From sequence record PV029745.1: a stretch of 64,000 nt of DNA. One strand, written 5' to 3'. Position 1 is the first letter of the stretch. The number at the start of each line of letters is the position of its first letter. A program made the translations under genes and the position numbers. The notes below the pieces were generated by a model. That model saw only the letters and a list, made by a program, of their open reading frames with translations, did no database searches and was not told the origin of the DNA. Below, piece by piece: positions 55,663 to 64,000 of this stretch.

Positions 55663-57756
55663 TTATTGCTGCTCGGTAACGTTCTCGCGGCGAACGGTTT
55701 CCAGTTGGAAGTTCAGAGTGGTGCGCGGGTTATTAGCCGCAACAGTCACAGTGCAAGTCCAGCTGGTGCCATTGTTCTCATCAATACCGGTGATCTCGGT
55801 ACGCGGGATCACGTCTACACGACCACCAAACAGATCACGAGTACGATCAAGGATCTCTTGGTCGCAACGTTCAACAAGCTGTTCTTTAGTCAGGAAAGCG
55901 TTACCCGAGAACTTAGCATGGATCTTGTGGATCAACCGCATGATTACGCAGCAGATATTCACAGTGATCGGGCTAAGCAGTACCGATGTGTCGTCCAGAT
56001 ATACCGAACGCAGACACGGGTAGTAATTCGAACGATGGTCGTACGAAGTAGAGTAAGTTGCACCATTGGCCCAGAGGTTAGCCGATGTACGAGCATTGAA
56101 GAACGGTACGTTAAGCTTCTTAACCATGGTTACACGGTTATTCGGATCAACGTCCATTTCAGCACCTGCACGTAGGATACCGGTGCCAGCACCAGCATAA
56201 CGCGACCACATCATGGCAACGTCGAGCAACTGCGGAACAAACTTATTGTAACCGCCGCCAACAAGCTTACCAGATTGCATTACAATCATCGCACGGCACA
56301 CAGGGGTACCATACAGGGTAGCTTCCGGGAAAGCCTTCAGACGAGTCATCAGAGCCTGTACACGGGATACTTCTTCAGATGCCGTCGGAAGACGGGTCTC
56401 ACCTTCAACAAAGGTAGTGAAGAAGTACTGTACGTCACGACGAGCAGACAATACTTGCATTGCCTTATATTTCGAGGCCATCGGCAGACCGGTGTCGTAC
56501 AGGATACCGAATTGATAGAGCGCAACGTTTTCGTACTGATCACCAAGCTTACCAAAGTTGGTATTCTCGATGTCAACAAGCTTGACGTATTCATCCAGGG
56601 TAGTGGTACCGTCTTTACCGCCTTGGGCGTAGACAGTAGCGTTCTTACCTAGAAGCACACCACCTTCAATCGGACCTTCCAGTTTGATGGATTGATACGG
56701 GTCACCATCTTCACCAAGCATAGTGAGGAAGTCAATCTGACCAGGTGCATCGATATGTGCATTGATTGCCGGGTTTACACGGGTCTCTGCATCGTAGATA
56801 ATCTCGCGAACGAGTTCTACGTTGTCACGATATACATAGCACTGCGAGAACGGGCTATAAAGCGGGGACATACCCGACTCAATACCGTCGTCGTTATACT
56901 GATCGATAAGAACTTCATCGATGGTTAGATCACGATCATACTGTTCCGACCAAACACCTTCGTCGAACGATACGTTGACGTAGTCTTCATCGGTCTTGGT
57001 CTTGATGATGATCGGAGTGCTTGTCCCGTCCATGAGTTCAACGAATTGAACACGATACAGACGAGTCTTGAAGCGCTGGCCAGTGAATTCATCGTAGCCA
57101 TCCGGATCGAGCTGAGTCGGTGCCCAGATACGCATGCCCAGGTTATTACCGGGCTGACCGAAGAACGAAGCGGGTAGTTCGAACAGCGGATATACAGTGG
57201 ACTGACTACCGTCCATACCGGAGACCATGGTACCCGGCAGGCGCCGTTGAGTACCCACTTCGGATTGGTTATCAGCAATCAGAACGATGCGTGCACGATA
57301 ACCTTCAACAGTATCGGTACCAGAAGCAATCGGACCGTTACCAGTGTCAGTTACAGCATCAGGATAGTTAAAGCCACTGAGACGGGTCACAGAAGCAGGA
57401 ATCATGTCTTGGACCATTTCCAGGGCCACAGTGATTCGAGCAGGGTTACCAGCGTCTTCGGGTTTCAGGCGTTTAACATAGAAACCGTTACCTTGACCAA
57501 GCAGGTTCAGCGCCAGCAGCGATTGCTGGTTAAAATACTTGCTGCGTGGATCAAGAGAGCTTTGACCAAAGATAGACGCGAAGCCATCTTCGGAATCACC
57601 TACATAAGTGGTTTCAGTTGGGCCAGTCTCAGTGAAGAGACGAAGCAGAGGAGTGTGTTGGGCGAAAGTAATCTCGGGACGAATGAACGCCCGACGGCTA
57701 CGATCTCGAATCCCGTTAAACACAACCTTAGGAACAGCGTTGTAGTACGTGGACAT
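55663..57756 (-). CDS. Contractile tail sheath protein (phiKZ gp29-like)
   Basis: 697 aa; size matches gp29; sheath C-terminal pattern ([21 protein letters not shown]...[10 protein letters not shown]). Confidence 0.85.
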   Translation of the reverse strand: MSTYYNAVPKVVFNGIRDRSRRAFIRPEITFAQHTPLLRLFTETGPTETTYVGDSEDGFASIFGQSSLDPRSKYFNQQSLLALNLLGQGNGFYVKRLKPEDAGNPARITVALEMVQDMIPASVTRLSGFNYPDAVTDTGNGPIASGTDTVEGYRARIVLIADNQSEVGTQRRLPGTMVSGMDGSQSTVYPLFELPASFFGQPGNNLGMRIWAPTQLDPDGYDEFTGQRFKTRLYRVQFVELMDGTSTPIIIKTKTDEDYVNVSFDEGVWSEQYDRDLTIDEVLIDQYNDDGIESGMSPLYSPFSQCYVYRDNVELVREIIYDAETRVNPAINAHIDAPGQIDFLTMLGEDGDPYQSIKLEGPIEGGVLLGKNATVYAQGGKDGTTTLDEYVKLVDIENTNFGKLGDQYENVALYQFGILYDTGLPMASKYKAMQVLSARRDVQYFFTTFVEGETRLPTASEEVSRVQALMTRLKAFPEATLYGTPVCRAMIVMQSGKLVGGGYNKFVPQLLDVAMMWSRYAGAGTGILRAGAEMDVDPNNRVTMVKKLNVPFFNARTSANLWANGATYSTSYDHRSNYYPCLRSVYLDDTSVLLSPITVNICCVIMRLIHKIHAKFSGNAFLTKEQLVERCDQEILDRTRDLFGGRVDVIPRTEITGIDENNGTSWTCTVTVAANNPRTTLNFQLETVRRENVTEQQ

Positions 57757-57789
57757 CTTTATGTTTCTCCCAGATGTGGAGCTTTAAAC

Positions 57790-57840
57790 TCGATGTTATG
57801 AGTGTTAACTAACAGTCAATCATAAATATTGTTCATAGTT
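57790..57840. promoter_or_regulatory. Divergent late promoter region with TATG motifs on both strands
   Basis: GTTATGAG on + and TCATA (TATGA on -) between divergent structural operons; TATG is the phiKZ nvRNAP late motif but is only 4 nt. Confidence 0.35.
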
Positions 57841-57887
57841 GGCTGTGATAGTTATTTTTCCCTACCCATGAAAGGAGTAAAACGGTA

Positions 57888-58823
57888 ATGTTTTCGCTAC
57901 CGTATCAAACAACAGTCTGTGGGATCTATCCTAAATATCAACAGGTGATCGCAGCAGCCCGTCGGGCAGAAATTGATTTGCCATTCCCCCTGGTAGAAAC
58001 ACCCGGTGGAAATCAGTTAATGAACTCTGCGTTCGTAACACCTCGTGAAGAACACGAAGCAATTCCGAACTTCACTCAGATTATCAATGTGGGCGAACCC
58101 AATAAACCACGGCTTCTTATTGATAGCCGCCAATACATGAAGTTTGACGCTCGATCTCAGAAGTATTCTTTGATCGCTCAAAACGACTGGCAGTTCCAAT
58201 GCGTTCGTCTAGCTTTGAACAATCGCCTGCTTTCTGGCGACGAAGCTTTCTTTAATCGCTTATCGGACCTACCTGCAAAAGTATTCCATCGTTGGGTTAG
58301 CGGTGTATTGGTTACACGCTACAATCTACCGATCGAATCGCAGATGGCACTCTTTGTCATTACGGCTTATTACTATTACGCCATGTCCACCCCTGAACTT
58401 CGTCAACCGGGTGAAGAGCGTGAGAAATTTGCACCGATTATTTCTCGCTGCACTTCGGTGCCGCCAGAATTTGTACTCGATGTTGCCGCAACGATGGGTA
58501 AGCTGGAGAATGCCTCTGACCTCATTCATGAGATGTCAGTTAACTCCCGTCAACAGCGTACCGGTGAATTGAAGTTTGGGGATCTTTTTGCATTGATCTC
58601 GACTTCTTGGTTCGGTGTAAACTCCCGTGAAAACGTGGGTGTAGCCCTCGAACATTTACCGACTTTCATTGCATTGCTTTACATGGCAATTGCAGAACGC
58701 TCATACCGTAAAACAGTAATTACTCAACGAGTAGAATCGTTAGCTCGTGGAAACGAGCTTAAAGTCTTTACTGACCTCGTTTTCAAAGCGGTTTCCGAGC
58801 AATTCACACGTCTGCATCAGTAA
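57888..58823 (+). CDS. Virion structural protein (phiKZ gp28-like by synteny)
   Basis: 311 aa, AAGGAG RBS, divergent from the sheath gene. Confidence 0.65.
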   Translation: MFSLPYQTTVCGIYPKYQQVIAAARRAEIDLPFPLVETPGGNQLMNSAFVTPREEHEAIPNFTQIINVGEPNKPRLLIDSRQYMKFDARSQKYSLIAQNDWQFQCVRLALNNRLLSGDEAFFNRLSDLPAKVFHRWVSGVLVTRYNLPIESQMALFVITAYYYYAMSTPELRQPGEEREKFAPIISRCTSVPPEFVLDVAATMGKLENASDLIHEMSVNSRQQRTGELKFGDLFALISTSWFGVNSRENVGVALEHLPTFIALLYMAIAERSYRKTVITQRVESLARGNELKVFTDLVFKAVSEQFTRLHQ

Positions 58824-58833
58824 TGGGTGATTA

Positions 58834-61530
58834 ATGAACGACTATCTATTGCGCTACGCAATTGAGAACGTTTGGTGTAACCCTACTCAGGATCGACAGT
58901 TCGTATATAAGCTCCGTCAATTAACTCCCCGCTACGGTGTACGGGGTAGTTACGTGGTGGAGCACGAACGTTATAAACTTCCACAAATCTCTACTCGTGA
59001 CTTCTGGCATATCTACCAAATCGGTCAGGTTATTCCTCGCCATCTTGGTATTCCAAAGCTGTTGAATAACTGGATCAGCCTTGAGCAACTGGGTAAAGAG
59101 GTACATACTCTCGCGGAAGTTTATGTCAGTAATGGAATTCAGTTCCCACGTTCTGAAACATATATCCTGGTAACCCAAACGCAAAACTTGCTTGTAGCTA
59201 TTCGACGAAATGATCGCTTCCCTGATTTGGACGAAGCTGAGAATAATCCATATCTCCATGTTTATCACAACGCGTATTTCAACTCTGATCGTAGCGATAT
59301 AGCAGCAGCCCGTTATATCGATGTGATGACTTTGACACCTAACTCTAACGAAGAGCTTCGTCAATTCCAAATTCAAATTATGGACTTGATTGAAACTAAA
59401 GGCGGTTACCCCCAGTACTTCGTTAACGGTAGGTTCGTACAAGAGATATCGTTAGTAACAGCTGGTCCGGGTGATTACTGTGAATTCATCCTTGATCCAA
59501 GTATTAAACGTGTAGTCGATTTAGATCTACGTGATCTTAAAACATTCAATTCTACGCTCGATAAAGAAAGGAAATATATCCTTCACTACGACGATAAGAA
59601 TGTCAACACGATTGAGTACTTCGACGATCTAGATGTTTATCTTTGCAAAAGGGGTTCATTGCCTGGTCGGTTCAGTGGTGTGATGTATCACCACAATGAA
59701 GGTAATTGGCTTCGAATGTTGACGCATAAAGACTATTCGGCTCCTGTTGATCGAATTCAGTCTTTCATCACAAGTCACCCTGAAGACCCACGCCATGCAA
59801 ATGATCCATCGCGTTGGCCTTCTGACAAATGGACAGGTATTGAAGATAAGTTCCTTCGCCTTTACATTCGTCATTCTGGATACGAACGACCTCTGGTAGC
59901 CGATGTTGGTCGCATTCAAGAACTCTATCGTTTATCCTCGGATAATATCCTTAGGGCCATGACTGGAGCAGACGCTACTTGCCCATTATGGAGAGCAGAG
60001 AATCTTGAACAATCGGCTTACGTTCAATTCATGTCCGCTGATCCAGATGTAATCTACCCTATCGCTTTCCAAGATCCTGATGAGATATCTCAGGGTAAGA
60101 TCGATGCCCAGAATTTTGCCGGTGATGTATTCGGTTACCATAAAGCCGCAGATATTCAGGCACATAATCCAACCAAGGTCCATGTTGACCAAGGTACAGT
60201 ATATGCAAGTCTTCCATACAACTATTGGGAGAATGCTACTGTTTTCGAATATGATTCGAAAGGGATTTTGTTGGGTTATTACCATCATGTCGCAGGGCGC
60301 CGATACCGCGTGGTAAATCAAACCGAATGTAAGATGGTAGAATGTATTACTGGTAAAGGTGATACCAATCTTCATGGTGTATTTGGTAATGGAACAGTCG
60401 ATCTTTCAGAAGGTTATAACTTCCGTCTTTACGTCTGTAAAGTCTGGGCTGGTGTACCAACCAACGAATGGATTGATATCACTGACCTACCTAATCGAAA
60501 TGATTGGGGTTTCCATGATACAACTGATATTGAACATCCTAAATGGACATGGACTGCTTTACCAAATGAATGGTACGGTTATGTCCGTATGGATAACTAC
60601 TTCTACCTGAAGGAAATGCGGTTTACTAAAGACCAGGGTATTATTCGATTTGGAATCGATAACTGGGAAGAGCATAACGGTGAACTAATCAACAAGCTCA
60701 TGGAGATCCCATTCGGACAACTAGATATCTTCTTAAATAATCGACCGATCATAAATGGTCTCGATTACTTTGATAAAGGTATTATGACTGTACTGAATAA
60801 CCATGAGTATTTGGTTGATGGTATTAATACCGTTCTTGTACGAGGTACCGGTTACTGTACTCCTGATCTTCAGCGTTATAAACCTGGTGAAGTTGGTTGG
60901 GTAGAGTATAATGTTCTTTCCAATAATGGTATTTACGATATCCATACGCACAAAATGCAAAGGATCATTGTAGATGGACATTACCGCGCCCGTGAAGATT
61001 TGGTGTTTGAGGAGGATAATAATTCTCTTCTGATTACCGATGAACGAAATGGAGCACCCTTCCAAATCCAAACACCGCAATCCACTTTCCGTGATGTTTA
61101 CGATACTGATCAGCAAGCACGTATCGCAGATGACGAACGTGATAAACAAGTTTCCGATTACATGACAGCGTATTTCCCTAAGAGAACACGCGATCAAGTT
61201 GACTCGGTTACACGTCGTTATGTGGTATATTCGGCATTCTCTAACAAAGTTCTCCACGACATTGTTAAGGGTACGCTGAAGCCACCGCTGGTTAATGGTC
61301 GTTACAACGAGATGGATATTGCTCGGGTTATGGCATCCTACGAGTGGTTGGTTCCGTTTGATATCCTAAACACAGATTACAACACCAACCATGTGGTAGT
61401 TTATCCACATTGGCATAGTGATCCTATTGGGTTAGATACTGATCAGTATGACTTCTACATTCGTGTACTGAAGTTGTATTTACAGCGCCCTATGGACATC
61501 GCGCCATTCGTATACCTAACGAGGACTTAA
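58834..61530 (+). CDS. Large virion (tail/baseplate) protein (phiKZ gp27-like)
   Basis: 898 aa, second gene of the structural operon; synteny and size. Confidence 0.7.
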   Translation: MNDYLLRYAIENVWCNPTQDRQFVYKLRQLTPRYGVRGSYVVEHERYKLPQISTRDFWHIYQIGQVIPRHLGIPKLLNNWISLEQLGKEVHTLAEVYVSNGIQFPRSETYILVTQTQNLLVAIRRNDRFPDLDEAENNPYLHVYHNAYFNSDRSDIAAARYIDVMTLTPNSNEELRQFQIQIMDLIETKGGYPQYFVNGRFVQEISLVTAGPGDYCEFILDPSIKRVVDLDLRDLKTFNSTLDKERKYILHYDDKNVNTIEYFDDLDVYLCKRGSLPGRFSGVMYHHNEGNWLRMLTHKDYSAPVDRIQSFITSHPEDPRHANDPSRWPSDKWTGIEDKFLRLYIRHSGYERPLVADVGRIQELYRLSSDNILRAMTGADATCPLWRAENLEQSAYVQFMSADPDVIYPIAFQDPDEISQGKIDAQNFAGDVFGYHKAADIQAHNPTKVHVDQGTVYASLPYNYWENATVFEYDSKGILLGYYHHVAGRRYRVVNQTECKMVECITGKGDTNLHGVFGNGTVDLSEGYNFRLYVCKVWAGVPTNEWIDITDLPNRNDWGFHDTTDIEHPKWTWTALPNEWYGYVRMDNYFYLKEMRFTKDQGIIRFGIDNWEEHNGELINKLMEIPFGQLDIFLNNRPIINGLDYFDKGIMTVLNNHEYLVDGINTVLVRGTGYCTPDLQRYKPGEVGWVEYNVLSNNGIYDIHTHKMQRIIVDGHYRAREDLVFEEDNNSLLITDERNGAPFQIQTPQSTFRDVYDTDQQARIADDERDKQVSDYMTAYFPKRTRDQVDSVTRRYVVYSAFSNKVLHDIVKGTLKPPLVNGRYNEMDIARVMASYEWLVPFDILNTDYNTNHVVVYPHWHSDPIGLDTDQYDFYIRVLKLYLQRPMDIAPFVYLTRT

Positions 61531-61531
61531 C

Positions 61532-63196
61532 ATGCTTCCTGTACCATACGGGAATTCCGACTACATGGACCCTAATAGGGGTTGGTGGGTTTGGAACCGC
61601 AAAGATATCGTCCAGCAAGCTGGACAAGTAAATAAGTGGGTCCCCAATATTGGGGACCTCGTTTGGGACCGCGAGAATGGCTGGTTCACAGTTGAGGATG
61701 TCGAAGAGGGTACTCACGTAGCTACTCTTAAAGAATGGTATCCTCCAACCAAAGTTGACCCCGATGGCGAAGAAAACGTACTGGTGGGCGTAGGTCCAGG
61801 CTATAGCTCCGAAAGCTACCGTCTGTTCCTTGATACCAGCGTTATTCCCCATACTCTCGCACCCGATAAACGTCTGCATTTTTATGGCTCGATGGTTGCT
61901 AGTTACAAAGTCTTTAAGGGTAGTGATATCTCTGAAGAATTTGGTAAGATCATCTCTGCTTTCTTCACTCCCTCTGGTGATTACACGGGTCCACTTATTC
62001 CAGTTGAGACAGTAACCGTCGGTAATGGCTCTCAGAACGTCATTAAGGCCCCTATGGTTGGTTTTACAGCCGAGGAGATGGATGACGGTGAGCGTTGCAC
62101 CTTGGTGGCCTACGATGACCTTGGCGGGGTTGTGTCGATAGCACAGTTGCTCGTACAAAACACGAAAGCAATTCGACAGTCTGATAACTCGAAGAAGTAC
62201 ATTGCCGGTATCGAGATCGAGAGTCCGTTCCTGTCTGCTGCCGATCCTAAGGTTATTGAATTCCCGCTGAACGTAAACGTTGAATCTCTTCCGATGGTTG
62301 GTATGATTAACTATCGTGGTGGTTCTAAAGTACGTCGCGGTATCGATAACTCGACAATGTTCTTGTTTGGCATGGAAAACTATATCGCTACTGAGATTGG
62401 ACAGGAGTTCCCGCTTACTCTTGCTTACCAGTTAGCAGAAGATGAAATTTCCTATGCGTTGACACCAACAGCAAATCGTCGGATTACAGAAAACTACATT
62501 GCCCGTACAACTGCTGCCGATGGAGCTTACGAATGCCGTCTATTCGTTTATCCAGTATGGCAAAACGTTACTGCTGGCTATCGTCTGGAATTCTGGCTTT
62601 ACAACTTGGATCGCCAACGTTTCTACAACGTTACTTCTTTGGTTGAACTTGGTGTTAACTCAGCACCATTCAATCCGAAGGGTTATGGTAATCTACAAAC
62701 GCTTACCTACGCTGTTAACCTGAACAAGGTCGATGGTCGTTTCGCACCACATCGATTCGTTACTACATTCCAAGTTGCACTCCTGACATCTGGTGAAAAC
62801 CGTGATGCTAACTGGGAAATCTACACTCGTCCTGATGTAGACGCAGCTTATGGACGTGGTCTGAAAGCCGATCTGGAATACATCCAAACCAACGCTTGGG
62901 ATCTACGTCTCCAGAACGGAGCTAATACCAAAGAAGCATGGTTGCGGAAGATGTATGAAGCAGCCGAGCCTCTTGTAAATCCGGACTCTGAAATTGTGGC
63001 ACCTACACCAACTCACTTTGTATTGCATTTCTTGCATAACAAATACGAGTTCAGTGTTGAACAATGGAAAGATAAGTTGCGTGTTAATAACGATCTTACC
63101 GATGGAGAGCTTCTCTACATCCAATGGATTCGTCGTGAATACGACACTGATCTTCAATTGGCGATGACCGGTATTCCAGTACTGAAACGCGCTTAA
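61532..63196 (+). CDS. Virion (tail/baseplate) protein (phiKZ gp26-like)
   Basis: 554 aa, beta-rich, coupled to the upstream gene. Confidence 0.65.
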   Translation: MLPVPYGNSDYMDPNRGWWVWNRKDIVQQAGQVNKWVPNIGDLVWDRENGWFTVEDVEEGTHVATLKEWYPPTKVDPDGEENVLVGVGPGYSSESYRLFLDTSVIPHTLAPDKRLHFYGSMVASYKVFKGSDISEEFGKIISAFFTPSGDYTGPLIPVETVTVGNGSQNVIKAPMVGFTAEEMDDGERCTLVAYDDLGGVVSIAQLLVQNTKAIRQSDNSKKYIAGIEIESPFLSAADPKVIEFPLNVNVESLPMVGMINYRGGSKVRRGIDNSTMFLFGMENYIATEIGQEFPLTLAYQLAEDEISYALTPTANRRITENYIARTTAADGAYECRLFVYPVWQNVTAGYRLEFWLYNLDRQRFYNVTSLVELGVNSAPFNPKGYGNLQTLTYAVNLNKVDGRFAPHRFVTTFQVALLTSGENRDANWEIYTRPDVDAAYGRGLKADLEYIQTNAWDLRLQNGANTKEAWLRKMYEAAEPLVNPDSEIVAPTPTHFVLHFLHNKYEFSVEQWKDKLRVNNDLTDGELLYIQWIRREYDTDLQLAMTGIPVLKRA

Positions 63197-63204
63197 GGCA
63201 TAGT

Positions 63205-63224
63205 GCCGTCTCATTAGAGACGGC
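63205..63224 (+). terminator. Hairpin terminator
   Basis: GCCGTCTC-ATTA-GAGACGGC then TTTATGTCG. Confidence 0.75.
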
Positions 63225-63263
63225 TTTATGTCGTTTTAGTATGTAACAAATAGGAGCTGGACC

Positions 63264-63914
63264 ATGATTGAAATTTTACTATCGGTCAACTCTAAAAGAG
63301 CTAAACCAAGTGTTTTACCTACTGAACTGATAGCCGGTGATTCGACACTAGGTTATTTTGGTACAGTTACAGCTGCCGATTTCATTGGAGCTGAACAAAT
63401 GAACGATGTACACGGTTTTTCTGGTAATCCGTATGGAACGCGAATGCCAGATCAAACAGATGTAGATTGGTTAATGTTCTCTTTAAATGACAGACGACTC
63501 TTAGTCTCTACAAAGACTATCCGTCATTCAATGTCCTTTGATCAATTAGTTTTGGCCATTAATAACTTCAATACTAATTCATCTAAAGTAAAAGATATTG
63601 ATTGTAAGATATCTTATCTGTCAGGCGGTGCAAGTGGTTCCCCAGCCAACTCGGAGTGGGGTCAGCTGATGTACCGTGTATCCGCGAATGATCCAACTGG
63701 AACATTCTGGGAAAATTTAAGTAATGAGGATCTTGGATTTGTACATCCAAGTAACCTCGGTATTTGGACATGGACACCCACTAATGGTAACACTGGGTCT
63801 CCTAGGTTCAAAGTCTTACGTGGTGGACCTAATGGCGTAACAGGGTGGGGGCAGAACGCACCATCTCAACCTAACGTAGGTTATGGTTGGCGCCCAGTAC
63901 TAGAGTTAATCTAG
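63264..63914 (+). CDS. Putative virion accessory protein of a phiKZ-like paralog family
   Basis: 216 aa, AGGAG RBS; LGYFGTV, WLMFSL...LLVS and C-terminal GYGWRPVLELI pattern. Confidence 0.6.
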   Translation: MIEILLSVNSKRAKPSVLPTELIAGDSTLGYFGTVTAADFIGAEQMNDVHGFSGNPYGTRMPDQTDVDWLMFSLNDRRLLVSTKTIRHSMSFDQLVLAINNFNTNSSKVKDIDCKISYLSGGASGSPANSEWGQLMYRVSANDPTGTFWENLSNEDLGFVHPSNLGIWTWTPTNGNTGSPRFKVLRGGPNGVTGWGQNAPSQPNVGYGWRPVLELI

Positions 63915-63920
63915 ATACAG

Positions 63921-63944
63921 AAGCTTTCCCTTCGGGGGAAGCTT
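63921..63944 (+). terminator. Hairpin terminator with cUUCGg loop
   Basis: AAGCTTTCCC-TTCG-GGGGAAGCTT then TATGTCG. Confidence 0.8.
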
Positions 63945-64000
63945 TATGTCGTAAATTAACCCTAAAGGTATGAACCTTTTGTTTCTTTAAGGAAACGGTC

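Noticed and set aside
55421-57801. Several 80-200 aa + strand ORFs opposite the sheath and tube genes
   Set aside because: Antisense shadows of codon-biased structural genes, with no RBS
5211-63944. Hairpin repeats as a CRISPR array, REP elements or MITEs
   Set aside because: They are dispersed singly at operon ends, with variable stems, no spacers, no target-site duplications and no cas or transposase genes
1-64000. tRNA or rRNA genes
   Set aside because: No cloverleaf or GTTCRA T-loop context seen by eye in the intergenic gaps; tRNAscan-SE would be needed to exclude them fully

Overview
A 64-kb segment of a nucleus-forming, phiKZ-like Pseudomonas jumbo phage (Chimalliviridae), read opposite to phiKZ gene numbering (roughly gp80 down to gp26). 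Well-supported genes: chimallin/PhuN (25254-27119), the tubulin PhuZ (44612-45565), three non-virion RNA polymerase (nvRNAP) beta/beta' subunits (one with the NADFDGD motif) plus the gp68-like specificity subunit, a virion RNAP (vRNAP) beta' subunit, the catalytic half of the split family B DNA polymerase, an SbcD/Mre11 nuclease, an SF2 helicase split inside Walker A, and tail sheath and tube. The ChmC and PicA/Imp1 calls rest mainly on synteny. Accessory islands of small genes lie between the core blocks, with about 11 copies of a phiKZ-type early promoter and about 20 GC-rich terminator-like hairpins. No tRNA, rRNA, CRISPR array, intron or transposase was seen. Best leads: (1) a ~460-nt densely base-paired non-coding element right after chmA; (2) a probable -1 programmed frameshift joining a tail-assembly-chaperone-like gene to its downstream ORF; (3) a tandem slippery site plus hairpin splitting the helicase (recoding or a sequencing error); (4) an origin-like AT-rich/cruciform locus; (5) a stereotyped TTTATG(C/T)CG tail on the terminators. 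Homolog numbers come from recalled sequences and synteny, not from database searches.
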